Shown here one piece after another: positions 17,728-26,328 of a DNA stretch of 64,000 nucleotides (the first letter of the stretch is position 1; the number at the start of each line of letters is the position of its first letter). The translations under genes were made by a program, and so were the position numbers. The DNA is from SAR202 cluster bacterium bin87 (GTDB taxonomy: Bacteria > Chloroflexota > Dehalococcoidia > Lucifugimonadales > UBA3495). The stretch lies in NCBI GenBank assembly GCA_002238825.1, contig MPNC01000002.1, positions 51,180 through 115,179 on the forward strand. The letters run 5' to 3'. Under the pieces are notes generated by a model. The model worked only from the letters and a program-made list of their open reading frames with translations. It was not told the DNA's origin and ran no database searches.

Positions 17728-19098
17728 CTATTCTGTGGACAGCAGGGCTGCCAGCTCTCGCACATCCTCCATGTCGTCCAGCGATTCTATGGCAGCGATG
17801 ATTTGTTGCTGGCGTTCCGGGCTTATGACCGTTGAGGTAAGGACATCGAACTTCTCTTTCATTTCGGCCCACGACAGGGCATTCTCAGGGTCGCCCTTGG
17901 GGTATCGGATGTCACTGCGCAGGCGACGTCCGTCGGCGGTGGATACCTCAGCCCAGGCGCGAAACTCCCGGGGGAAGTGGGCGTCCAACTCCGGGTCTGT
18001 AACACACTTCACCCGAGACAGGATGCGGCTTATCTCCGGACGGTCCGGCACCCCGTCAGCGTATTCCTCCAGCGACGCGCGGCCATAGACCAGGGCTACC
18101 GCCGCGCCGAAGGGCATGGAAAACTGCATATCCACGACTGTCTTGGGGTTGACCTTGTCCGCTTCTGGAGACGCGATCACGTTGAAACCGCCGCTGAGTA
18201 CTCCGACGGTCACTTCTTCAACGTCATCAGCCTCCAGACCATGGGCGTTGCGGATGTCTATCAGGCAGTCTATGGGTCCCTGCTTGTAACGGCAGCAAGC
18301 ATGGGGCTTGATTCCCGTGCGGGTAATCAGGTATTCGTCCCCCAGGTCTTGCAGCACCAGCGACATGTCGGGGTTGCCGGAATAGGCTTGCAGGAAGCCG
18401 TCGCGCCCCTCCAGGATGGTGGTGGGGCCAGTGTAGCCCGAGCGGGCCAGCAGGGCTGCCCAGGAACCGCTGTGCGATGCCCAGCCGGGATGGAGTCGCT
18501 TGGTCCAGGCTCCCTGCGCCAGGTATTCCATGCTGCCGGCGGTCTGGCTGCCCGCGATCCCCAAGGCGTGGATGAAGTCGTCGCCCTGCAGCCCCAGCAG
18601 CCGCCCGGCCACCACCGCAGCGCCGAAAGCTCCGCAGGTGCCGGTGGGATGGAAGCCGCGCCCATAATGCTCGGCGGGTTGCAAAGCGCGGCCCAGCCGC
18701 ACGATGACGTCGTACCCCGCAACCACTGCGGCGATGAAGTCTTTGCCCGACACATGGGCCAGATCGGCCATCGAAAGGGCAGTGGGAAAGGCCACCACGC
18801 CCGGATGCAGCGACGCCTCGTTGTTCACGTCGTCCATCTCTATGCTGTGAAAGGCGACGCCGTTGGCCATCGAGGCGTACTCCGGCAGTACTCGATAGGG
18901 CGTACCGGCGACCACCGACGGCCCGGGGCGGTCCAGCCGCTGAAGCGCATCAACGACAGCGCGCGCCGAGCCGGTGGTGGAGCCGTTGAGCGTAACTGCG
19001 GCGAAGTCCAGGCACAGGTACTTGGCCCAGTCGATCACCTCCGGCGACAGATCCTCGTACTCGAGCCCTTGGGCGAAACTGCACAGGGCGCGGGTCAT
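17728..19098 (-). CDS. MmgE/PrpD-family protein (paralogue 1)
   Basis: Family-typical N-terminus (FAQGLEYEDLSPEVIDWAKYLCLDFAAV) and DD/H blocks. ATG at 19098 lies behind AAGGAA; the ORF-track start at 19164 was rejected. Confidence 0.85.
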   Translation of the reverse strand: MTRALCSFAQGLEYEDLSPEVIDWAKYLCLDFAAVTLNGSTTGSARAVVDALQRLDRPGPSVVAGTPYRVLPEYASMANGVAFHSIEMDDVNNEASLHPGVVAFPTALSMADLAHVSGKDFIAAVVAGYDVIVRLGRALQPAEHYGRGFHPTGTCGAFGAAVVAGRLLGLQGDDFIHALGIAGSQTAGSMEYLAQGAWTKRLHPGWASHSGSWAALLARSGYTGPTTILEGRDGFLQAYSGNPDMSLVLQDLGDEYLITRTGIKPHACCRYKQGPIDCLIDIRNAHGLEADDVEEVTVGVLSGGFNVIASPEADKVNPKTVVDMQFSMPFGAAVALVYGRASLEEYADGVPDRPEISRILSRVKCVTDPELDAHFPREFRAWAEVSTADGRRLRSDIRYPKGDPENALSWAEMKEKFDVLTSTVISPERQQQIIAAIESLDDMEDVRELAALLSTE

Positions 19099-19161
19099 GC
19101 CGGTTTCCTTGTTGTTCGGGACCATGGCTGAGGACCTCCATCCATTACTACGATGACGTAT

Positions 19162-19189
19162 CACAAAACACTGGTCGTGCCCGACCAGT
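19162..19189 (-). terminator. Rho-independent terminator after the acyl-CoA dehydrogenase gene
   Basis: On the - strand: ACTGGTCG-ggca-CGACCAGT followed by GTTTTGTG. Confidence 0.55.
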
Positions 19190-19225
19190 TCGAAAAAGGG
19201 AATACACTCGCCGAATCCAGCCCGC

Positions 19226-20404
19226 CTACAACCCCGACTCGTACAGGAAGTCGCCGGTGGGGTAGTTGTTGAGCAGTTGGCGGGCGATGACCAGGCGCTG
19301 AATCTCGTTGGTTCCCTCGCCGATCATCATCAGCGGGGCGTCGCGGAAGTGGCGCTCCACCGTCAGGTCCTGGGTGTAGCCGTAGCCGCCGTGGATGCGC
19401 ATGGCGTCGGTGGCAACCTGCAAACACATCTCGCTGGCGAACAGCTTGGCCATTCCTGCCTCCATGTCGGCGCGCTCGCCCCGGTCCTTCTTCTCGGCGG
19501 CGTGGAGCACCATCAGGTGGGCCGCCTGAATCTGGGTCGCCATGTTGGCCAGCATTATCTGCACGCTCTGGTGTTCTCCGATGGGTTTGCCGAAAGTTTC
19601 GCGCTGCCTGGCGTATCGCGTGGATTCTTCCAGCGCGGCCCGCGCCACACCCAGGCAGCGGGCGGCAACATTGATGCGGCCCAGCTCCAGGCCACTCATT
19701 ATCTGGTAGAACCCCTTTCCCTCCTCGCCGCTGACCAGATTCCCGCCGGATACGCGGTAGTCCTCGAAGGACAGCTCGCAGGTATCCACGCCCTTGTAGC
19801 CCAGCTTCGGTATGTCCCGCACCACGTTGAAGCCTGGCCCCTTCTCGGCGATGAAGATGCTGATGCCGCGCCGGGGCGGGTCGGCGTCCGGGTCGGTCTT
19901 GGTGACCAGGGCGAAGGTATTGCCGTGGCGCCCGTTGGTGATCAGGCTCTTGACCCCGTTTACCACGTATTCGTCGCCTTCGCGGACGGCGCGAGTCTCG
20001 ATGGCCTGGACGTCGCTGCCCGCGTTGGGCTCCGTGATGCAGATGCCGCCACGCTTCTCGCCGGTCGCCATCAGGGGCAGGAATCGCTCCTTCTGCTCCG
20101 GTGTTCCTTGGGTGGCGACCATGTAGGCCATGATGAGGTGGGAGTTCAGTATCCCGCTCAAGCTCATCCATCCCCGGCAGATTTCCTCGATAACGAGGGC
20201 GTAGGACGTGACATCCAGCTCAAGCCCGCCGTACTCTTCGGGGATCACCGCGCCGAACAGGCCCAGCTCCTTCATCCGTTCCACCAGTTCGAAGGGGTAC
20301 TCGTCGGCGTGTTCCATTGTCTGGGCGACAGGTTGGACTTCCCTGCGGACGAACTCTCTGATCGTGGCGACCATACCGCGCTGCGCTTCAGTCAATTGAG
20401 GCAA
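19226..20404 (-). CDS. Acyl-CoA dehydrogenase
   Basis: Typical ACAD blocks (CITEPNAGSD, YARQRETFGKPIGEHQ, GGYGYTQD..ERHFRDA...IGEGTNEIQ). TTG start at 20404 lies 5 nt after AGGAG; the long N-terminal extension of the ORF track was rejected. Confidence 0.9.
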   Translation of the reverse strand: MPQLTEAQRGMVATIREFVRREVQPVAQTMEHADEYPFELVERMKELGLFGAVIPEEYGGLELDVTSYALVIEEICRGWMSLSGILNSHLIMAYMVATQGTPEQKERFLPLMATGEKRGGICITEPNAGSDVQAIETRAVREGDEYVVNGVKSLITNGRHGNTFALVTKTDPDADPPRRGISIFIAEKGPGFNVVRDIPKLGYKGVDTCELSFEDYRVSGGNLVSGEEGKGFYQIMSGLELGRINVAARCLGVARAALEESTRYARQRETFGKPIGEHQSVQIMLANMATQIQAAHLMVLHAAEKKDRGERADMEAGMAKLFASEMCLQVATDAMRIHGGYGYTQDLTVERHFRDAPLMMIGEGTNEIQRLVIARQLLNNYPTGDFLYESGL

Positions 20405-20468
20405 AACCGCTCCTGAAACCGGGCTGATTTCGTGGCGGCATTTTAGCACGCGCCGGGCGCAGCCAAGT

Positions 20469-20497
20469 TTGACACCCCCAGGGCAGCGCACTAAACT
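20469..20497 (+). promoter_or_regulatory. Candidate promoter for the 20622-22197 gene pair
   Basis: TTGACA, 17-nt spacer, TAAACT. Confidence 0.4.
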
Positions 20498-20621
20498 CGC
20501 CGGCAACCGCGCTGCCCGACAATCATCGCCGGATGTCTTATTCGGCGGGTGTTTTGTTACGAAATGGTGGCAGCCGCGTCCGCTTTCGCCTTCCCAATAC
20601 GCAATACAGTGAGGTATCGCT

Positions 20622-21080
20622 ATGCCGGACAAGCCAGAATACCTAGACCTGCTCAACGACATTCGTCTGCAGGAGTACCGTGCAGGAGTCTACCTCAAGG
20701 CGTGGGCCGATAAGACCGGTCATCCGGGTCTGAAGGCCTGCCTTGCTCTGGTAGCCGAGCGCGAGACCAGCCACGGGGACATCTTCGACCGGCGCATTCG
20801 TGAGTTGGGCGGCGTACCCGAGGACAAGGATGACGCCTTGTTTACCGAGCGGCTGAGCGTGGCCGGCTCGGACATGACCGACAAAGAAAAGATCGTCTGG
20901 ATGCGCGAAGCCCAAAGTCGTGTAACCCTGCCCAATGTGCGCCAGCGCTATGAGGCCGCCTCAGCTGATGAGTCTGTCGATCAGCTGACCCGTTCTCTGA
21001 TCAAGTGGTTCACCGAGGTGGAGGACGACTCCGGCGCCTCCATGCGGGCGGTGTACGCGGAGATCGAGCAGGAGGACTGA
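20622..21080 (+). CDS. Hypothetical helical protein (possibly a ferritin-like four-helix bundle)
   Basis: 152 aa with a single ExxH (AERETSHG). Its stop lies 4 nt before the LLM gene start. Confidence 0.4.
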   Translation: MPDKPEYLDLLNDIRLQEYRAGVYLKAWADKTGHPGLKACLALVAERETSHGDIFDRRIRELGGVPEDKDDALFTERLSVAGSDMTDKEKIVWMREAQSRVTLPNVRQRYEAASADESVDQLTRSLIKWFTEVEDDSGASMRAVYAEIEQED

Positions 21081-21084
21081 CCGG

Positions 21085-22197
21085 ATGAAATTCGGAGCCT
21101 TCTTCGTGGGCCAGCGCCCCCTGCTGCACGAGCAATACGCCGATGAGAGCAAGGTCAATCCCAACCCGGTCAGCCGCACCGACGTCGAGGTCTACGAGGA
21201 CATTCTGCGCGGGGCGGAATTGGCGGAGGAAATGGGCTTCGACTCGGTGTGGATTGCCGAGCACGCTTTCAGCGAACACAGCATCATCAGCTCGCCCCAT
21301 AGCCTGCTGGCCGCCATCGCCGCCAGGACCAAGGAGGTCAAGGTGGGCGTGGCCTGCACCATAGTGCCGTGGCACGCTCCACTGCGGCTGGCGCAGGACC
21401 TGGCCACACTGGACATTATCAGCCAGGGACGTCTGATTGTCGGGGCCGGCCGCGGCTACCAGAAGCGGGAGTTCGACATCTATGGCCTGGACATCGCCGA
21501 ATCCCGCGACCGTTTCATCGAGGGCATGGACATCGCCGTCCGGTCGTGGACGGAGGACACCTTCTCCTACGACGGAGACTATTTCAGCTTCCCGGAAGTG
21601 CGGGTTATTCCCAAGCCGGTGCAGCAGCCGCATCCGCCCATATTCATGGCGGTCACTCACAGTCCGGAATCCGTAGAGATTGCCGTCCGCAACCGTTGGG
21701 GGTTGTTCACCGTGGGCAGCAGTTTCTTCCCTGCTTCGCCGGACTCTGACCAGAACCTGATTAACCTCTACCGCCGGCGGATGCTGGAAGAGGGGATGGC
21801 GCCCGATGACATCGAGGTCGCCGCCGTCCGCAACGTTTATGTGGCTCCCACCGACGAGGAAGCCATCGAACTGCTCGTGCCGCGCCTGGAATGGGCTGGC
21901 GACATGGGAGACTTCCTGCGCCGGCCGCTCTCCGACGTTGTGCGGGCCTCAGGGGTGCGTGGCTATGAGCACTACGTCCAGGACCCCTTTATCGAGCCGG
22001 AGCTGGTGGCCGAGCGGGGCAAGGAAGGCATGGCAGCCATCGGCAGCCCTGAGAAGGTCACGGCGGCCATCAAGGAACTGGAAGAAAACCACGTCACGCA
22101 CTTCATCAGCTACCTGGACGCCGGGGGCCTGTCCTACGACCAGGTGTCCAGCTCGCTGCGACTGTTCGCAGAAAAAGTGATGCCCAACTTCCGTTAA
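21085..22197 (+). CDS. LLM-class (luciferase-like) flavin-dependent oxidoreductase
   Basis: AGGAGG RBS. AEEMGFDSVWIAEHAFSEH and the PKPVQQPHPPIFMA block are typical of the family. Confidence 0.88.
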   Translation: MKFGAFFVGQRPLLHEQYADESKVNPNPVSRTDVEVYEDILRGAELAEEMGFDSVWIAEHAFSEHSIISSPHSLLAAIAARTKEVKVGVACTIVPWHAPLRLAQDLATLDIISQGRLIVGAGRGYQKREFDIYGLDIAESRDRFIEGMDIAVRSWTEDTFSYDGDYFSFPEVRVIPKPVQQPHPPIFMAVTHSPESVEIAVRNRWGLFTVGSSFFPASPDSDQNLINLYRRRMLEEGMAPDDIEVAAVRNVYVAPTDEEAIELLVPRLEWAGDMGDFLRRPLSDVVRASGVRGYEHYVQDPFIEPELVAERGKEGMAAIGSPEKVTAAIKELEENHVTHFISYLDAGGLSYDQVSSSLRLFAEKVMPNFR

Positions 22198-22296
22198 GCC
22201 CCAATCCACCGACAAGGTGAGCGAGGCGGTGTGGTGATGGGATGAGAAAAAGCTCCAGAATCAAGGAGCACCCGACAGCAACTGTCTGGAAAGTCA

Positions 22297-22640
22297 ACGG
22301 GCAAGGACGACGGCTGGCTCAATCTTATCGCCCCAAAGGCAATCATGTTTGAGCATGGCTATTAGCACGCCCAGCAGTTTGCGCATGGACGCGACCAGCG
22401 CCATTTATTCGGCTCTCCAGCTGCCAGCAGTCTCTGGTTAGAAATCCCGGATCGCGGGTTTGCGGCGGCTGCCTATCAACGCTCCCATGTAGAGGATGCC
22501 CCGCACCCGGGGAGCGTCCGCCTCAGACAGCGCGTTCTCCCTTCACGGTACCGCTGTCGCGGTTGTAGGGAGCCACGCCTACCAGGCCGGCGATCTGTCA
22601 GCGGTTGAGAGTGCCCAGTTCGGGCAGGTAGGCAGCAGGG
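22297..22640 (-). pseudogene. IS110-family transposase, C-terminal fragment with internal stops
   Basis: The - strand reads [29 protein letters not shown]...ILYMGALIGSRRKPAIRDF*...MALVASMRKLLGVLIAMLKH, which is the IS110 C-terminal domain pattern. Confidence 0.7.
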
Positions 22641-22665
22641 TAAGAGGGTGTGTGACAAATCAGGT

Positions 22666-23049
22666 TCAAACGGGTTGGAGGCGTTTGAGCATGAGGTTGA
22701 CCATGGCGATATGCACCCACGCCTCGCTGCTCTCGGTGCGTTCCTCATAGTCCTTGCTCAACCGTCGGCATCTGCTCAGCCAGGCCAGGGTGCGTTCCAC
22801 CACCCACCGTCTGGGCAAGGGTTCGAAGTGCTGGCTGTCCGGCTTGCGCCTGACTATGGTCATCATCCAGCCGCCGGTGGCCCAGGCCCACGCCACCAGT
22901 TGGCCAGCGTAGCCAGCATCGGCCCAGATCACCTGCAGTTGTGGGAATCGGCCCAACAGTTTTGCCAACACCAGATTGGCGCCGTCCCGGTCCTGAATGT
23001 TGGCGGCGTGAACCACCACCGCCAGCAGCAACCCCATGGTGTCCACCAC
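22666..23049 (-). CDS. IS5-family transposase orfB (DDE part; probably expressed by -1 frameshift from orfA)
   Basis: The -1 frame reads GYDAGKRVTGRKRHIVVDTMGLLLAVVVHAANIQDRDG...IWADAGYAG...RWVVERTLAWL. A GAAAAAGGGGGC run (23101-23110 on +) sits in the orfA/orfB overlap. Confidence 0.8.
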   Translation of the reverse strand: MVDTMGLLLAVVVHAANIQDRDGANLVLAKLLGRFPQLQVIWADAGYAGQLVAWAWATGGWMMTIVRRKPDSQHFEPLPRRWVVERTLAWLSRCRRLSKDYEERTESSEAWVHIAMVNLMLKRLQPV

Positions 23050-23069
23050 GATGTGCCGCTTGCGTCCCG

Positions 23070-23450
23070 TTACCCTTTTGCCAGCGTCGTAACCTCTGGG
23101 CCCCCTTTTTCCGTGGTCTTCGCCGACTCGCTGTCGATGATGGCTGCGCTGGGCGTAGCCGCTCGACCCGCAGACTCTCGAACCCGCGCCCGCAGGGTCG
23201 ACTCCACACGTTCCCAGGTGCCGTCATCCCGCCAGTTACGGAAGTACCACCACACCGTGCCCCAGGGTGGCAGGTCATGGGGCATCAGGCGCCAGGGTAT
23301 TCCACCCCGGAGCACGTACAGGATGCCGTTGACCACCTCCCGCAGGTCCGTGGTTCTGGGATGGCCCCTTTTGGTGTCAGGTGGCAGCAGGGCCGCCAAC
23401 TCCTCCCATTGGGCATCGGTCAAATCGCTGGGATAAGGTTTTCTACTCAC
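23070..23450 (-). CDS. IS5-family transposase orfA
   Basis: PYPSDLTDAQWEELAALLPP...GHPRTTDLREVVNGILYVLRGGIPWRLMPHDLPPWGTVWWYFRNWRDDGTW is a typical IS5/IS427 N-terminal domain. Confidence 0.85.
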   Translation of the reverse strand: MSRKPYPSDLTDAQWEELAALLPPDTKRGHPRTTDLREVVNGILYVLRGGIPWRLMPHDLPPWGTVWWYFRNWRDDGTWERVESTLRARVRESAGRAATPSAAIIDSESAKTTEKGGPEVTTLAKG

Positions 23451-23666
23451 GCCCCCAGCGTAACCAGTGCCCTCCTCTCACCCCGGGAAGAACCCGCGCA
23501 CCTTTGCGCCATTGTCACGCGCCCTCTAAGAAAACGGCGCAATAGAAGCGGCGTTACTCTTGTCGGTCTGGTTCCCGCAAGCTGCCACCCGAGAATCGAC
23601 CTGGAAGCGGTTTCGGGCCCCTGTACTCAACGGGGTTGCAACCAGAAGCGGCAGGACACCGCGACT

Positions 23667-25034
23667 TCAGCTTCGAAGCAGGTCCGCCAGACCGCTTACT
23701 GGTTCTCCCTCCTCCAGCATGTCCAGGCGCGCCAGGACTTCGGCCGTCGTCGCTTCCGACAGCGACTCAGCAGCACAGTCACGGAATTTGTCGCGGATGT
23801 CGTCCATCGTCACGCCGCGCAGGGCCCCGCTATTGGCGCGGTGAGCCTGCTGACGGAGCGTGCTGCCGTCCTTCATCTGGACGTCAACCTGATGGTACCC
23901 CTCAGTCCAGCTGGGCAGGCCCTCGTTGCCCGTGATGCGACGCATGTCGATGCGTGGGATGAGCGCCTGGGCTTCCGGACGCATCACCTGATCGTCGGTG
24001 AAGGACTGCAACCCGACCCGTCGGTCCAGCAGGGCGGCTGCCAGACAATACTGCAGGCTGAACTTGCCTTCCAGCGACGACACCGGGCGGGAGTGGATCA
24101 ACGAGCGGGGCGGGTCGAAGTCCACCATCACGTCGATACGGTCCACCGCGTCAGGGTCAATGGCGCCCTGGAACAGCAGGTCGAAGGTGGCATCCAGAGC
24201 CAGGTGCGCGCTGCCGCAGCAGGGGTACTTCTTGATCTCGATGCCCGACTCCACGAGGTAACACTTGCTTCCCAGGTTCTGTGCCACTTGCTCGCTGTCG
24301 AAACCCTGGCCTCCGGAGAAGGCCCGTATGAACCCGAACCGTCCTTCCAGCGCGTCCCCGCTGGCGGTGAAACCTTCCCGCACCAGCTTGGCCGCTACGA
24401 CCCCAGCGCGGGCGGCATCCCCGGCGTGGAATGGTTTGGTCATGGTGCCGAAGTTCTGTCGCAGCCCCGATGCCTGTGAAGCCGCCAGCGAGACGGCCAT
24501 GGCCGTTTGTTCAGGGTCCAGGGCCATGATCCTGCTGGCGGCCGCTGCCGCCCCCACCGCTCCCAGGGGGCCGGTGGGATGCCACCCCAGGTCATCGTAA
24601 TAGGCTTCGCTGAGGGCCTCGCCCACAGCGCAGGCGACTTCGAATCCGGACATATAACCCATCAACATATCCTTCCCGGAAGCGCCGAACTCCTCGGCAA
24701 CCGCAAGGGATGCGGGCAGCAAAACCGCGGTGGGATGGGTCTTGGTGATCTGGGTGATGTCGTCGTAATCGAGGGCATGGGCCATGGCCCCGTTGACGAG
24801 GGCAGCGTTGGCCGCCGAAGTGCGGAATCCGCGACCCACGACGCTGGCGGTGGGAGATGCGCCCTCGGCCGTAACGTACCGGCAAAGAATGTCCGCCAGA
24901 GATTCCCGCGAACCGGCCAGCGTACACGCCAGGCAGTCCATGATCGCTCCCTTGGCCGCTTCAATTGCATCGGGCGGGAAGTCCTCGATGTCAGTGGCGG
25001 TGATGTATTCAGCGATACGCCCGGTAATGATCAT
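23667..25034 (-). CDS. MmgE/PrpD-family protein (paralogue 2)
   Basis: ATG at 25034 lies 6 nt after AGGAGG. ITATDIEDFPPDAIEAAKGAIMDCLACTLAG and HALDYDD blocks are present. Confidence 0.85.
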   Translation of the reverse strand: MIITGRIAEYITATDIEDFPPDAIEAAKGAIMDCLACTLAGSRESLADILCRYVTAEGASPTASVVGRGFRTSAANAALVNGAMAHALDYDDITQITKTHPTAVLLPASLAVAEEFGASGKDMLMGYMSGFEVACAVGEALSEAYYDDLGWHPTGPLGAVGAAAAASRIMALDPEQTAMAVSLAASQASGLRQNFGTMTKPFHAGDAARAGVVAAKLVREGFTASGDALEGRFGFIRAFSGGQGFDSEQVAQNLGSKCYLVESGIEIKKYPCCGSAHLALDATFDLLFQGAIDPDAVDRIDVMVDFDPPRSLIHSRPVSSLEGKFSLQYCLAAALLDRRVGLQSFTDDQVMRPEAQALIPRIDMRRITGNEGLPSWTEGYHQVDVQMKDGSTLRQQAHRANSGALRGVTMDDIRDKFRDCAAESLSEATTAEVLARLDMLEEGEPVSGLADLLRS

Positions 25035-25117
25035 GGACGACCTCCTGGCGGTTGGGACCCGCCGCATTGCTATCACGTGTTGTCTCGTGACGCGAATGTA
25101 TGCCTTTTTGAAGCAGT

Positions 25118-25158
25118 GTCAAGTCTTGGGGCATCGGGTCAAGTCTTGGGGGCATCGA
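25118..25158. repeat. Tandem 20/21-bp direct repeat in the upstream region of MmgE/PrpD paralogue 2
   Basis: GTCAAGTCTTGGGGCATCGG / GTCAAGTCTTGGGGGCATCGA. On the - strand each unit contains CTTGAC. The proximal unit gives TTGACA-16 nt-TACATT. Confidence 0.7.
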
Positions 25159-25419
25159 AGCGTCAGGCCGACACGATCTGTTCCAGCCCAACCTAACGCC
25201 AGCGACTTGCTCCGTTGTTATGGATGACGAGTCGGCTTCGACCGACGGCATCGTGGGGCCGGCTACCCGGTTCGGCCGGCACATCACCGCCCAGCCGAGA
25301 CGCGCCATGTAGTCGACGTCCGGGGCGCTGGTCCACGCTCACCCCGAATCCCGACGCCGTCAGCATCCGACCCCGGCTCCAGATGGTGTCAGGCGGCGCC
25401 CAACTGCATTTTCGCCATC

Positions 25420-26010
25420 GCGGCGAGGTGAAACCACGGTCGCAATCGGAAGGTGGTGTCGCGCTGGTAACCGTAGCGGCCGCGGATCGGCCCGCTGCAT
25501 GGCGCTGGCCGACACTCGTGAGGGAGCGTAGGCCACCATCTTGGCCCGTACTCCCTCTGAGCAGGACGCGGTCGGTTCCGCATTTCGAGACCTGGGCCGC
25601 CATGCCCGCACGACCGACGCCGAACTGACCACCAGCCGGGGCGCCAACCGCGCCGTCAGGGAGACCATCGGCGAACTGGGACAGCCAGATTTCCTGATCA
25701 ACAACGCGGGCGCGTACCGTCTTTTCACCAATCACCTGACCCACGCAGTGACGGCGCTTGATATCACCGAAGGGGATTGACGGCGAGTGATGGGCTCGAA
25801 CCTGACGGCCACCTTCATATGCAAGGCCGTTCTGCTCCACACGATGGAGCGTGGCGGCGGGGTCATCATGGCCCTGACCAGGTCCACCGACGACGACTAC
25901 GACAAGGTGAACCAGCGCATGGGGTTGCCCGACGACATCGCCGAAGGCGTCGTGAGCATGGCCTTCCAGGCCACTGAGACCATGACCAGCCTGTTGGTCC
26001 CAGCCGCCGA
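25420..26010 (+). pseudogene. Short-chain dehydrogenase/reductase (SDR) remnant, multiply frameshifted with the catalytic region deleted
   Basis: Fragments lie in three frames: GGVALVTVAAADRPAAWRWPTLVRE (compare GKVALVTGAA.GIG.A.A..LA.eG), DFLINNAGAY (NNAG), SNLTATFICKAVLLHTMERGGGVI and GLPDDIAEGVVSMA. No YxxxK was found. Confidence 0.6.
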
Positions 26011-26328
26011 ATACGAACGGAGAACACGGCATCGAGCGGCTGCCGGCCTGCAATCAGCTCGACTCATCGCCTTCATGCCGGGAGGCAAATCCGAAGCACG
26101 CCCGGGCTGGGAACCAGGACGAAGCCTCGCAACGCTTTGTATCACGCCAACGCGATTTGCGGGTGGGTCAGGCGGCTCCGTTTGGTGATGGTACAGCCCG
26201 GCCCCGTCGGGTCGAGTGAAACGGATATGCTGCCCCGCGGGAAGCATCCATGCCTCCCGGTCGGCTATCTGCGCGTTGGCCGGCCCGCACCTCTGAGGTG
26301 ACAACCGGCCGCCGCCGGACCGTCGATC

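Larger units (their letters stand above)
22644..23526 (-). mobile_element. IS5-family (IS427/IS1031-like) insertion sequence, apparently intact
   Basis: Imperfect terminal inverted repeats GAGGGTGTGTGACAAAT (22644-) and CATTGTCACGCGCCCTC (-23526). Flanked by TAA at 22641-22643 and 23527-23529, consistent with a target-site duplication. Confidence 0.75.

Noticed and set aside
25897-26304. 135-aa ORF on the - strand between the SDR remnant and the alpha-hydroxy-acid oxidase gene.
   Set aside because: No start context and no recognisable family. It partly overlaps the SDR remnant in antisense. It may contain a further gene fragment, but this cannot be supported from the sequence alone.
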